Shown here piece by piece: positions 8,882 to 16,329 of a DNA stretch of 52,908 nt (position 1 is the stretch's first letter; each line of letters begins with the position of its first letter). The notes under the pieces were generated by a model. The model ran no database searches. It was not told the origin of the DNA and saw only the letters and a program-made list of their open reading frames with translations. This stretch comes from a virus: the IMG/VR virus record IMGVR_UViG_3300013426_000006; one strand, written 5' to 3'. The position numbers and the translations under genes were made by a program.

Positions 8882-9799
8882 ATGAGAATCGGACTGATTG
8901 ATGTTGATGGACACAACTTCCCCAATTTGCCTTTGATGAAACTTTCTGCTTATCATAAATCGCTTGGAGATAGTGTTGAATGGTACGAACCAATGTTTAG
9001 CGGTCATATGGATAGAGTTTATATGAGCAAAGTTTTTACATTTACTTCTGATTATGAGTATTGTATTGACGCAGACGAAATTATCAAAGGCGGGACAGGA
9101 TATTCTTATCCAGATGGCGGTAAACCATTAGCTGATGAGATAGAGCATATATACCCTGACTATTCTATCTATTATGAGAAATTACCGATGTCAAAAGACA
9201 CTGCTTATGGTTTTCTTACAAGAGGTTGCCCTAGAGGTTGCGATTTTTGCATAGTAGGGGAAAAGGAGGGGAGATGTTCTGTAAAAGTTGCCGATCTGTC
9301 GGAGTTTTGGAGAGGGCAGAAGAATATAGTTCTGCTAGATCCGAATATGTTTGCTTGCAAAGAGTGGAAAGATTTAAGCCAACAACTAATTGATAGCAAT
9401 GCTTGGGTTGATTTTTCGCAGGGCTGTGACATAAGAATTATGACCGATGAAAAAACGGAATATCTAAAGCAAATAAAAATAAAACAGATACATTTTGCTT
9501 GGGATAGGTACGAAGATAAAGATATTATCGTGCCTAAGTTTAAGAGGTTCGCCGAATTAACAGGGTGGAAATATTGGAAAATGACAGTTTATTGCTTGTG
9601 TAATTTTAACACAACTTTTGAACAGGATTTAGAAAGAATATATACACTTCGTGATCTTGGCTATTCGCCATATGTGATGCTTTATGAAAAAGAGAAGATT
9701 CCTCCCGGTCATAAACTAAGACAGTTACAGCGATATGCAAATAGCCGATGGATTTTTAGAAGCTGTGATAACTTTGAAGATTATAAGAAGAAACAATGA
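8882..9799 (+). CDS. radical SAM protein
   Basis: CPRGCDFC (CxxxCxxC) cluster. GAGG lies 6 nt upstream of ATG 8882. Confidence 0.7.
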   Translation: MRIGLIDVDGHNFPNLPLMKLSAYHKSLGDSVEWYEPMFSGHMDRVYMSKVFTFTSDYEYCIDADEIIKGGTGYSYPDGGKPLADEIEHIYPDYSIYYEKLPMSKDTAYGFLTRGCPRGCDFCIVGEKEGRCSVKVADLSEFWRGQKNIVLLDPNMFACKEWKDLSQQLIDSNAWVDFSQGCDIRIMTDEKTEYLKQIKIKQIHFAWDRYEDKDIIVPKFKRFAELTGWKYWKMTVYCLCNFNTTFEQDLERIYTLRDLGYSPYVMLYEKEKIPPGHKLRQLQRYANSRWIFRSCDNFEDYKKKQ

Positions 9800-9825
9800 G
9801 AAATTTATGGATTTATTGAAAGTGG

Positions 9826-10128
9826 GTGAAGATAATGTTAGTTCCGAAAGTTGATGCGAAAGAGTTTGAAAAATTTGGATTTAAGAAGTGCAAGGGTGAA
9901 TATGGCAAGAACGGTTGCTATTACCTTTGCGTTTCGAGAGGTATAAAGCTTCTTTTTGTAAGCGATGTGCATTTTGATGTTATGAATTGGAGAGACGATG
10001 ATCCGCGTATTCATAAAGATGCAAATTGCCGTTACAGAGATAACAGAACATACCTTGATATTATCTATGATCTTATCAAGGCGGATATGCTTATGAGTGA
10101 TTGCGTGAAAGTAGGTGATGCAGAATGA
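9826..10128 (+). CDS. hypothetical protein
   Basis: ORF in operon; start uncertain (GTG 9826 or ATG 9835). Confidence 0.5.
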   Translation: MKIMLVPKVDAKEFEKFGFKKCKGEYGKNGCYYLCVSRGIKLLFVSDVHFDVMNWRDDDPRIHKDANCRYRDNRTYLDIIYDLIKADMLMSDCVKVGDAE

Positions 10129-10340
10129 AAAGAAGTGAATGTATAGAAGTATTAGACCACTTAAAAGAAAAATTGCAAAAAAAAGAAATAATTGCTATAC
10201 AGGATAATGAAGACGATTATATATGTCCTGTATGCGGTCAGATTTTTAAATCTGAAGATATTATTAGATATTGCTACAAGTGGTGTTATAACTGTGGTCA
10301 GAGAGTGGAATTTATTCTTCCAAGAAAGAAACAGATTTAA
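10125..10340 (+). CDS. hypothetical zinc-ribbon protein
   Basis: CPVCGQ...CYNCGQ. Confidence 0.55.
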   Translation: MKRSECIEVLDHLKEKLQKKEIIAIQDNEDDYICPVCGQIFKSEDIIRYCYKWCYNCGQRVEFILPRKKQI

Positions 10341-10403
10341 CTAAAAATTAAAGAAAGGAACAGGACGCGCGCATAAAACCTAGGTTTCCTTTTGGTAGAT
10401 TTT

Positions 10404-10766
10404 ATGGATTTTGAAAATTATTCTTGTGATAATCAGATGTCTATATTTGATTTTACAAGAGAACCGATTAGAATAACAAAACCTATTCGGTTGATTGAAC
10501 TTTTTGCCGGATATGGTAGTCAAGCAATGGCATTAAAAAGAATAGGTGCTAAATTTGAGCATTACAGGGTTGTGGAGTTTGATAAATATGCTATTGCAAG
10601 CTATAACGCAGTACACGGAACAGATTTTCCTACAATGGATATAACAAAGGTTCACGCAGAAGATTTGAATATTTGCGACACGGAAACCTTTACTTACTTA
10701 CTTACTTACTTACTCTTTTCCGTGTACGGACCTGTCTGTTGCCGGAAAACAAGCCGGGATGTCTAA
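10404..10766 (+). CDS. C5-cytosine DNA methyltransferase, N-terminal fragment (motif I); frame lost at (TTAC)6
   Basis: ELFAGYGSQAMAL (FxGxG). The out-of-frame tail FSVYGPVCCRKTSRDV follows the repeat. Confidence 0.8.
   Translation: MDFENYSCDNQMSIFDFTREPIRITKPIRLIELFAGYGSQAMALKRIGAKFEHYRVVEFDKYAIASYNAVHGTDFPTMDITKVHAEDLNICDTETFTYLLTYLLFSVYGPVCCRKTSRDV
10690..10714 (+). repeat. (TTAC)6 tetranucleotide tract inside the methyltransferase coding sequence
   Basis: Six perfect units at 10690-10713 immediately 5' of the FPC catalytic motif. Confidence 0.97.
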
Positions 10767-11466
10767 GGGCAGCGGTACACGATCAGGTCTGTTGTGGGAA
10801 GTTGAAAGAATACTAACCGAAATCAAAGATAGTGGTGGAGAATTACCACAAATATTATTCATGGAAAATGTACCACAGGTACATGGCAAGAAAAATATTG
10901 ATGATTTCAAGAAGTGGTTGGAATTTCTTGAAAGTTTAGGTTATACGAATTATTGGGATGATTTAAACGCTAAGAATTACGGAGTTGCACAGAACAGAAA
11001 CAGATGCTTTATGTTTTCGTTCTTAGGAAACTATTCATATAGTTTTCCGCACCCGATGCCACTTGAAAAGAAGTTAAAGGACTATCTGGAAGACAGTGTT
11101 GATGAAAAGTATTATATCAACAACGAAAAGGCTGAAAAACTGATAAAACAGCTTATTGACAATGGCACATTACCGAATACAATCCCTAAGAGCAGAGCAG
11201 AGCAGAGCAGAGCAGAGCAGAGCAGACTTGCGTTGACGGAACAATCAACGAACCACAGCAAAGAGAGATTGCAAACTGCATCAAGGCAAGATATGACGCT
11301 GGAATCTCAAACTTGCGGTCGGGCGGAAACCTTGTTGTTAAAAGGAATGGTTGATAAAGATATTGAACCAACGGCGTCAGTGATTGATGTTTCGACAACG
11401 ATTATGTCAAGAGACTATAAGGGATTGAATAATTACGGAACGAATGGAGTAATTGAATGGAAGTAG
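10759..11466 (+). CDS. C5-cytosine DNA methyltransferase, central fragment (PC-proximal, ENV, QxRxR and TRD-like segments)
   Basis: This frame extends upstream to TYSFPCTDLSVAGKQAG. Also GTRSGLLWEVERIL, FMENVPQV, AQNRNRCFM, TIMSRDYKG. Confidence 0.8.
   Translation: MSKGSGTRSGLLWEVERILTEIKDSGGELPQILFMENVPQVHGKKNIDDFKKWLEFLESLGYTNYWDDLNAKNYGVAQNRNRCFMFSFLGNYSYSFPHPMPLEKKLKDYLEDSVDEKYYINNEKAEKLIKQLIDNGTLPNTIPKSRAEQSRAEQSRLALTEQSTNHSKERLQTASRQDMTLESQTCGRAETLLLKGMVDKDIEPTASVIDVSTTIMSRDYKGLNNYGTNGVIEWK
11191..11226 (+). repeat. (AGCAG)7 pentanucleotide tract inside the methyltransferase locus
   Basis: Seven perfect units at 11191-11225. Confidence 0.97.
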
Positions 11467-11516
11467 TAGGAAGTATATACACAGGAGTTTCAGAGGGTTT
11501 TCAGCGCGGAATTATC

Positions 11517-11525
11517 GGGGGGGGG
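11517..11525 (+). repeat. G9 homopolymer inside the methyltransferase locus
   Basis: Nine consecutive G between the VVGSIYTGVSEGFQRG segment and the ISRCVKAETHD segment, which lie in different frames. Confidence 0.95.
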
Positions 11526-11571
11526 TATCTCCCGATGCGTGAAGGCTGAAACACACGATTTAGGAGTAGTT

Positions 11572-12183
11572 ATGGCAGAAATACAAGAAAAACGATTAGG
11601 TAATATATATTCTTTCGATGGCGGTAATTTTGCCGGGAATGTTTACGACAAAGAATGCATATCTCCCACATTAAAAACTATGCAGGGCGGAAATTCTCAA
11701 CCTATGGTGGTTGCCATGCGTGGAAGAAATCCAAACAACCCATCGGATAGAACCAAGGGAAGTCCAACAGAACAACGGTTAGAAGTGAATACGCAAGGCA
11801 CAAGTAATTGTTTGACAAGTGTGCAGAAAGATAATATGGTGTTGGAGAAACCTTTGTTATTAGGCGGAGTTGGTAAAGAAAACAAGTTTGGAAAACAGTA
11901 TAGGCAAGGGAATAGGGTGTATAGTTCTGATGCTTGCGCTATGGCATTAAACGCTCAACCTGTTGGGAATTCTGGTGGAAACTCATATTTATATAATGTC
12001 GGATATCGTATCAGAAAACTAACGCCTAGAGAATGTGGACGGCTGATGGGCGTATCTGATGAAGATATTGACAAAATGGCAGCGGTCAACAGTAACACAC
12101 AGTTGTACAAGCAATTTGGCAATAGCATAGTAGTTGATGTTATGTGCGCCATGTTTAAGAATTTGAACATTGAGCAGGAGTGA
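11572..12183 (+). CDS. C5-cytosine DNA methyltransferase, C-terminal fragment (TRD-like modules, motifs IX-X)
   Basis: ECISPTLKTMQGG, RKLTPRECGRLMG, YKQFGNSIVV. AGGAG lies 5 nt upstream of ATG 11572. The open frame reaches back to GTG 11539. Confidence 0.8.
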   Translation: MAEIQEKRLGNIYSFDGGNFAGNVYDKECISPTLKTMQGGNSQPMVVAMRGRNPNNPSDRTKGSPTEQRLEVNTQGTSNCLTSVQKDNMVLEKPLLLGGVGKENKFGKQYRQGNRVYSSDACAMALNAQPVGNSGGNSYLYNVGYRIRKLTPRECGRLMGVSDEDIDKMAAVNSNTQLYKQFGNSIVVDVMCAMFKNLNIEQE

Positions 12184-12187
12184 TTAA

Positions 12188-12394
12188 ATGGTTAAACCAC
12201 TAGCGCCGTGCATGAATTGTTCTGATAGGCATATCGGTTGCCATGGTATATGTGACAAGTATAGGGCATATACAGAGGCGCATGAGGAACTTAAAGCGAG
12301 TATTCGACAACAGAAGTTTGTACATAATTCTATAAAAGATATGCATAAGGAACAATGGGCACGGTATTCGAGAAATCGTCACAAAGAAAATTAG
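12188..12394 (+). CDS. hypothetical Cys-rich protein
   Basis: CMNCSDRHIGCHGIC. Confidence 0.5.
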   Translation: MVKPLAPCMNCSDRHIGCHGICDKYRAYTEAHEELKASIRQQKFVHNSIKDMHKEQWARYSRNRHKEN

Positions 12395-12402
12395 GAGTGT
12401 GA

Positions 12403-12807
12403 TTGAAAATGAGCAAAAGCAAAGAAGAGCAGGCAAGACGTGAGGGAATGTCTTATGCGCTTAGATACGCAAGAGAACATGGCTTAGATGCCTTAGAAGA
12501 GGATTTGAAGAAGCGTGGAGCGTATAACATACCTGTGCGGATTGATGATAAGGCATTGCAGGAGTTTACAGATAACGCCAAGAATATGATGCTTGACACG
12601 ATTCTGATTCTGGCATCGGTAACACTGCATGATGAATTTGGGTTCGGTAGAGAACGGCTAAATCGTTTTAAGAAGCGGTTTAATTTTAAGGCGGAGTGTA
12701 TCGGTGAAAACTATACCGATTGGAACGATCAGATATCAATATTAAAGGAAGAGTGCGGATTGGAGTATTCCATCCGCATGAACGAAAAGGATGCGAGGTT
12801 GAAATAA
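12403..12807 (+). CDS. hypothetical protein
   Basis: AGGAG at 12393. Start is TTG 12403 or ATG 12409. Confidence 0.55.
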   Translation: MKMSKSKEEQARREGMSYALRYAREHGLDALEEDLKKRGAYNIPVRIDDKALQEFTDNAKNMMLDTILILASVTLHDEFGFGRERLNRFKKRFNFKAECIGENYTDWNDQISILKEECGLEYSIRMNEKDARLK

Positions 12808-13040
12808 TGAATCACAGGAAGTGGAAAAAGGAATATAAAAAGCGGTACAGAATACGACCGATTATTTTCCTTGACAAGAAGCGGAAAGAAAAGGCTATGG
12901 CTATGATACGTGATTATATGTCACAGACTACTATCCGTATAACCGAGAATCAGTATTATTTGGAACTTGGGTGTTATTACAACGAGACTTCGATGGATAA
13001 CAGGAGAACAATGCTTAAAGTATGGGAAGGCGGTGTATAG
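12807..13040 (+). CDS. hypothetical protein (77 aa)
   Basis: ATG overlaps the upstream TAA (TAATG). The longer listed ORF 12720.. overlaps the previous gene. Confidence 0.5.
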   Translation: MNHRKWKKEYKKRYRIRPIIFLDKKRKEKAMAMIRDYMSQTTIRITENQYYLELGCYYNETSMDNRRTMLKVWEGGV

Positions 13041-13041
13041 A

Positions 13042-13239
13042 ATGGCAATGGCGACTTACGAAGAAGTGTGCAAGATGGGGTACTATAGTGCGATTGACGA
13101 TGTCATGAACATGCTTAACGATATAAAATTTGGCGGCGGTACAAAAGAAACACTTGCTTGCGCAAATGCGACACTTAACTACATCAAGGAGAAAGTAGAG
13201 AAACTAAGAAGTGGAGGCGTGGTAGATAATGACGATTGA
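13042..13239 (+). CDS. hypothetical protein (65 aa)
   Basis: ATG 13042 lies directly after the upstream stop. Confidence 0.5.
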   Translation: MAMATYEEVCKMGYYSAIDDVMNMLNDIKFGGGTKETLACANATLNYIKEKVEKLRSGGVVDNDD

Positions 13240-13525
13240 TGAAGCAATAGAAAATCTAAAACACGACTATTTGATATGCGAATATATAGATTATATAGCA
13301 CTACAGATTGCAGGATGGCTGGAAGAGTTGAAAGCATACAGAGAACAGCATCAGGCATTATGTGATGCATACGATGTAAACACAGTTGAAGATATTTACG
13401 ATAAAGCGATTGACGATTTTATCAAAGCGGTAGACAAACATTGTGGATATTATTCAGGAGAATGCAAAAATCTTACGCGTGATGATATTCTCGAAATTGC
13501 AAAGGAGTTGAAGGATAATGGTTAA
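13229..13525 (+). CDS. hypothetical protein
   Basis: Overlapping operon ORF. Confidence 0.5.
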   Translation: MTIDEAIENLKHDYLICEYIDYIALQIAGWLEELKAYREQHQALCDAYDVNTVEDIYDKAIDDFIKAVDKHCGYYSGECKNLTRDDILEIAKELKDNG

Positions 13526-13814
13526 GAAAATTAGGGTTTATATCAGCGGTCCGATCACAGGAACTGCGGATTACATGGAACGATTTGAAGAAGCTGAGAA
13601 ACGCTTAAATGGAGAATTCAGCGTTATCAATCCGGCAAAATTAAATTCAAATATGCCGGACGACACGACGCACGAAGAGTATATGAAGATGTCTATATGC
13701 ATGTTATCTATGTGCGATGCAATTTTCATGCTGAATGGATGGGAAGATAGCGTAGGGGCGTGCGAAGAAAACATTTATGCGTTGAAAAACGGCATGCGGA
13801 TTTTTAGGGAGTGA
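13518..13814 (+). CDS. DUF4406 / nucleoside 2-deoxyribosyltransferase-like protein
   Basis: VYISGPITG...CDAIFMLNGWEDSVGACEE pattern. Confidence 0.55.
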   Translation: MVKKIRVYISGPITGTADYMERFEEAEKRLNGEFSVINPAKLNSNMPDDTTHEEYMKMSICMLSMCDAIFMLNGWEDSVGACEENIYALKNGMRIFRE

Positions 13815-13821
13815 TTTATTT

Positions 13822-14625
13822 ATGGGAAACTTTGTAAAAATAGATCGGAAAATTCTTGAATGGGAATGGTGGGATAATTTCAACACATTTAGATTGTTTT
13901 TTTACATGCTTGTGTCTGCATATTGGAAAGACGGATATTACAAAGGAGAACTGATTGAGCGTGGTTCTTTTCCATCTTCCATATCAAAATTAGCATCAGA
14001 AACAGGCTTGACAGACAACGAAATTCGCAACGCGCTAAAGCACCTTAAAAGCACAGGCGAAATCACAAGCAAATCACATAGTAAATATAGCGTATTTACT
14101 ATAAAAAACTACAATTTGTATCAATCAGATAACAAACAAAAATGCGATGAAATCACAAGCACCGATGCAATCAAAATGCAATCAGATAACAAGCAGATAA
14201 CAAACCTTCCTATTATAAAAGAAGTAAAGAATATAAGAAGTAAAGAATATAAGAATAATATAGGGGCGAAAACGACCTATTACGAAGATCCTGATCTTAA
14301 TTCTGCGTTTGTTGAATTTTTGGATATGCGCAAGAAGATTAAAAAGCCGATTGCTACGAAACAGGCACTTACGCGGATGAAAAACAAGATTGAAAGATTG
14401 TCCGGCGGAGATACAAAGCTGGCAATTAAGATTTTGAATCAGTCGGTAGATCATTGCTGGTCGGATGTATATGAGCTTAAAAGTGATTATAGCAGCAAGC
14501 ATATACAGGATGCCGAAAAGGCTAAATCTGTAACCGATATGCAGTTGGAATCGCTTGCAGAGCGGCAGAGACAGAATGTAAAAATTATGAGTGACAAGGA
14601 AATAAATAAAATGTTTGGAGAGTGA
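13822..14625 (+). CDS. phage replisome organizer / DnaD-like replication initiation protein
   Basis: N-terminal FVKIDRKILEWEWW...RLFFYMLV winged-helix type. Followed by a DnaC-like loader downstream. Confidence 0.7.
   Translation: MGNFVKIDRKILEWEWWDNFNTFRLFFYMLVSAYWKDGYYKGELIERGSFPSSISKLASETGLTDNEIRNALKHLKSTGEITSKSHSKYSVFTIKNYNLYQSDNKQKCDEITSTDAIKMQSDNKQITNLPIIKEVKNIRSKEYKNNIGAKTTYYEDPDLNSAFVEFLDMRKKIKKPIATKQALTRMKNKIERLSGGDTKLAIKILNQSVDHCWSDVYELKSDYSSKHIQDAEKAKSVTDMQLESLAERQRQNVKIMSDKEINKMFGE
14059..14254 (+). repeat. cluster of direct repeats inside the replisome organizer gene (candidate origin)
   Basis: GAAATCACAAGC x2 (14059, 14149). CAGATAACAA x3 (14126, 14183, 14194). 16-nt tandem AGTAAAGAATATAAGA x2 (14223-14254). 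Confidence 0.6.
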
Positions 14626-14629
14626 TGAT

Positions 14630-15016
14630 ATGGAGAGATTGACGAAGAATAATAACGGAGACTACTATTATCCAGAATGCTTTGAAAAGTGCAGTGGAAA
14701 TGGAACATCTGAAAAGTGTAATGAATGCAGTTTTAATTATTTGATATGTAAAAAGCTTGGAGAGTATGAGGATTTAGAGGAGCAGGGCAGACTTATCAAG
14801 ATACCACTTGAAGCGTATTGTATTGTGGATTTTGAAGTACGAAAAGGGTTTGTGTTAGAAGCAGCATATCACATAAGCAGAAAACCTTTACTTGTAATTC
14901 GATATGATGATAGTTCGCTTAAAAGTCATAGTGGTTATTTAGGCATTTCAGTATTCCTCGCAAAATCCGAAGCAGAAGCAAAACTGAAAGAATTGAGAGG
15001 TGGAAAAAATGAGTGA
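14630..15016 (+). CDS. hypothetical protein
   Basis: GGAGAG lies 7 nt upstream of ATG 14630. Confidence 0.55.
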   Translation: MERLTKNNNGDYYYPECFEKCSGNGTSEKCNECSFNYLICKKLGEYEDLEEQGRLIKIPLEAYCIVDFEVRKGFVLEAAYHISRKPLLVIRYDDSSLKSHSGYLGISVFLAKSEAEAKLKELRGGKNE

Positions 15017-15377
15017 TAAACAGGGAAATCTTACAGATGAAGAAATAGAAGATTTACAAGGCATAGTAACTGATACATTGGCAAGCATATGTACTATGGC
15101 TGACAAGCACAATATCGATAGAGACAGTATGCTTAAATGCTTCACTGAAATGCTCACAGCTTTTACAGAAGTGGCAAGCATACAGAATTATGAAACAAAT
15201 GAGCATACTAATGCCGACAGGATAAGGAATATGTCGGATGAAGAGTTAGCAGATAGTTTAACAGCAACAGCAAAGTGTGACGAGTGTTTTGTTATAAAGG
15301 AACATGAACCTTATTGCCTTTCAGCTTCGGCTTGTAGGCAAAAACATCTTGAATGGCTTCAATCAGAAGCAGAATAG
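15009..15377 (+). CDS. hypothetical protein
   Basis: GAGAGGTGG upstream of ATG 15009. Confidence 0.55.
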   Translation: MSDKQGNLTDEEIEDLQGIVTDTLASICTMADKHNIDRDSMLKCFTEMLTAFTEVASIQNYETNEHTNADRIRNMSDEELADSLTATAKCDECFVIKEHEPYCLSASACRQKHLEWLQSEAE

Positions 15378-15385
15378 GAGGGAAT

Positions 15386-15793
15386 ATGGAAGATAGATAT
15401 TTATTCAAGGCAAAAAGAGTTGATAACGGAGAATGGGTTATAGGATTTCTCCATTGCAAAGATGATAAATGGTATATAAGTAACAAAGCAGGCTCACCGT
15501 TTGCATTTGAAGTAAAACCGGACACTATATGCCAATGTACAGGCTTGAAAGACAGGAATGGCAATCTGATTTGGGAGAATGATATTATGAAATTTGACAT
15601 ATATTATTATGAAAAATTGGAGAACAGTACAATATCGCAAATTAAATGGTGTAATGATTTATGTGCATTAAGTCTTGTAGTGAATGATAAAGGAACTAGA
15701 GGCACATTAGGTCATTTAATGGATTCAAACAAAGAAGTTGATGTTATCGGCAACATATTTGACAATCCAGAGTTATTAGAAAGTGAGGAATAA
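15386..15793 (+). CDS. YopX-family protein
   Basis: LFKAKRVDNGEWVIGF...CQCTGLKDRNGNLIWENDI...VIGNIFDNPELLE. Confidence 0.65.
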   Translation: MEDRYLFKAKRVDNGEWVIGFLHCKDDKWYISNKAGSPFAFEVKPDTICQCTGLKDRNGNLIWENDIMKFDIYYYEKLENSTISQIKWCNDLCALSLVVNDKGTRGTLGHLMDSNKEVDVIGNIFDNPELLESEE

Positions 15794-15794
15794 T

Positions 15795-16088
15795 ATGACA
15801 GAGAGTGAAGCGATTAAGGAACTTCAAGAAAACATTGACTTGCCATTTGGAAGTAATATATCCAAAGAAGCGGCAAAGCTGGCAATACAGGCACTTGAAA
15901 AACAGATACCGAAGAATCCAAGAAAAACAGATTCGTACAGAGGGGTATTAAAAAGAGTATATGCTTATGTATGCCCTACTTGTGGGAATGTATGTTTAGA
16001 AAAATACATGAATGAACGGCAGAATACAATGTTTTGTTGGAATTGCGGTCAAAAAATAGATTGGAGTGATGAATATGAGATTGATTGA
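15795..16088 (+). CDS. hypothetical zinc-ribbon protein
   Basis: CPTCGN...CWNCGQ. Confidence 0.5.
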   Translation: MTESEAIKELQENIDLPFGSNISKEAAKLAIQALEKQIPKNPRKTDSYRGVLKRVYAYVCPTCGNVCLEKYMNERQNTMFCWNCGQKIDWSDEYEID

Positions 16089-16329
16089 TGCAGATGCATT
16101 GTGTTATGAAGATGTAGAATGTATAGATGGTAATACATATATGGTTGTACATGCACCAGAAATAGATAATGCTCCAACAGCTTATGATATTGATGGTGTT
16201 GTAGAACAGCTAAAGAGATGTTATGGAATAGTAAGAAGCACTAGCGTTGATTATGCTGAAGGTTTAAAAGACGCATATGAAAGAGCTATTGGTATTGTAA
16301 AGGCAGGTGGAGTATATGAGATTAGTTGA
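16075..16329 (+). CDS. hypothetical protein
   Basis: GGAG lies 8 nt upstream of ATG 16075. Confidence 0.5.
   Translation: MRLIDADALCYEDVECIDGNTYMVVHAPEIDNAPTAYDIDGVVEQLKRCYGIVRSTSVDYAEGLKDAYERAIGIVKAGGVYEIS

Noticed and set aside
11464-11469. In-frame TAG-TAG as evidence of stop-codon recoding by a phage suppressor tRNA
   Set aside because: None of the three tRNAs has a CUA anticodon. All other genes terminate normally with the standard code. The protein-like sequence after the stops lies in a different frame (VVGSIYTG...).
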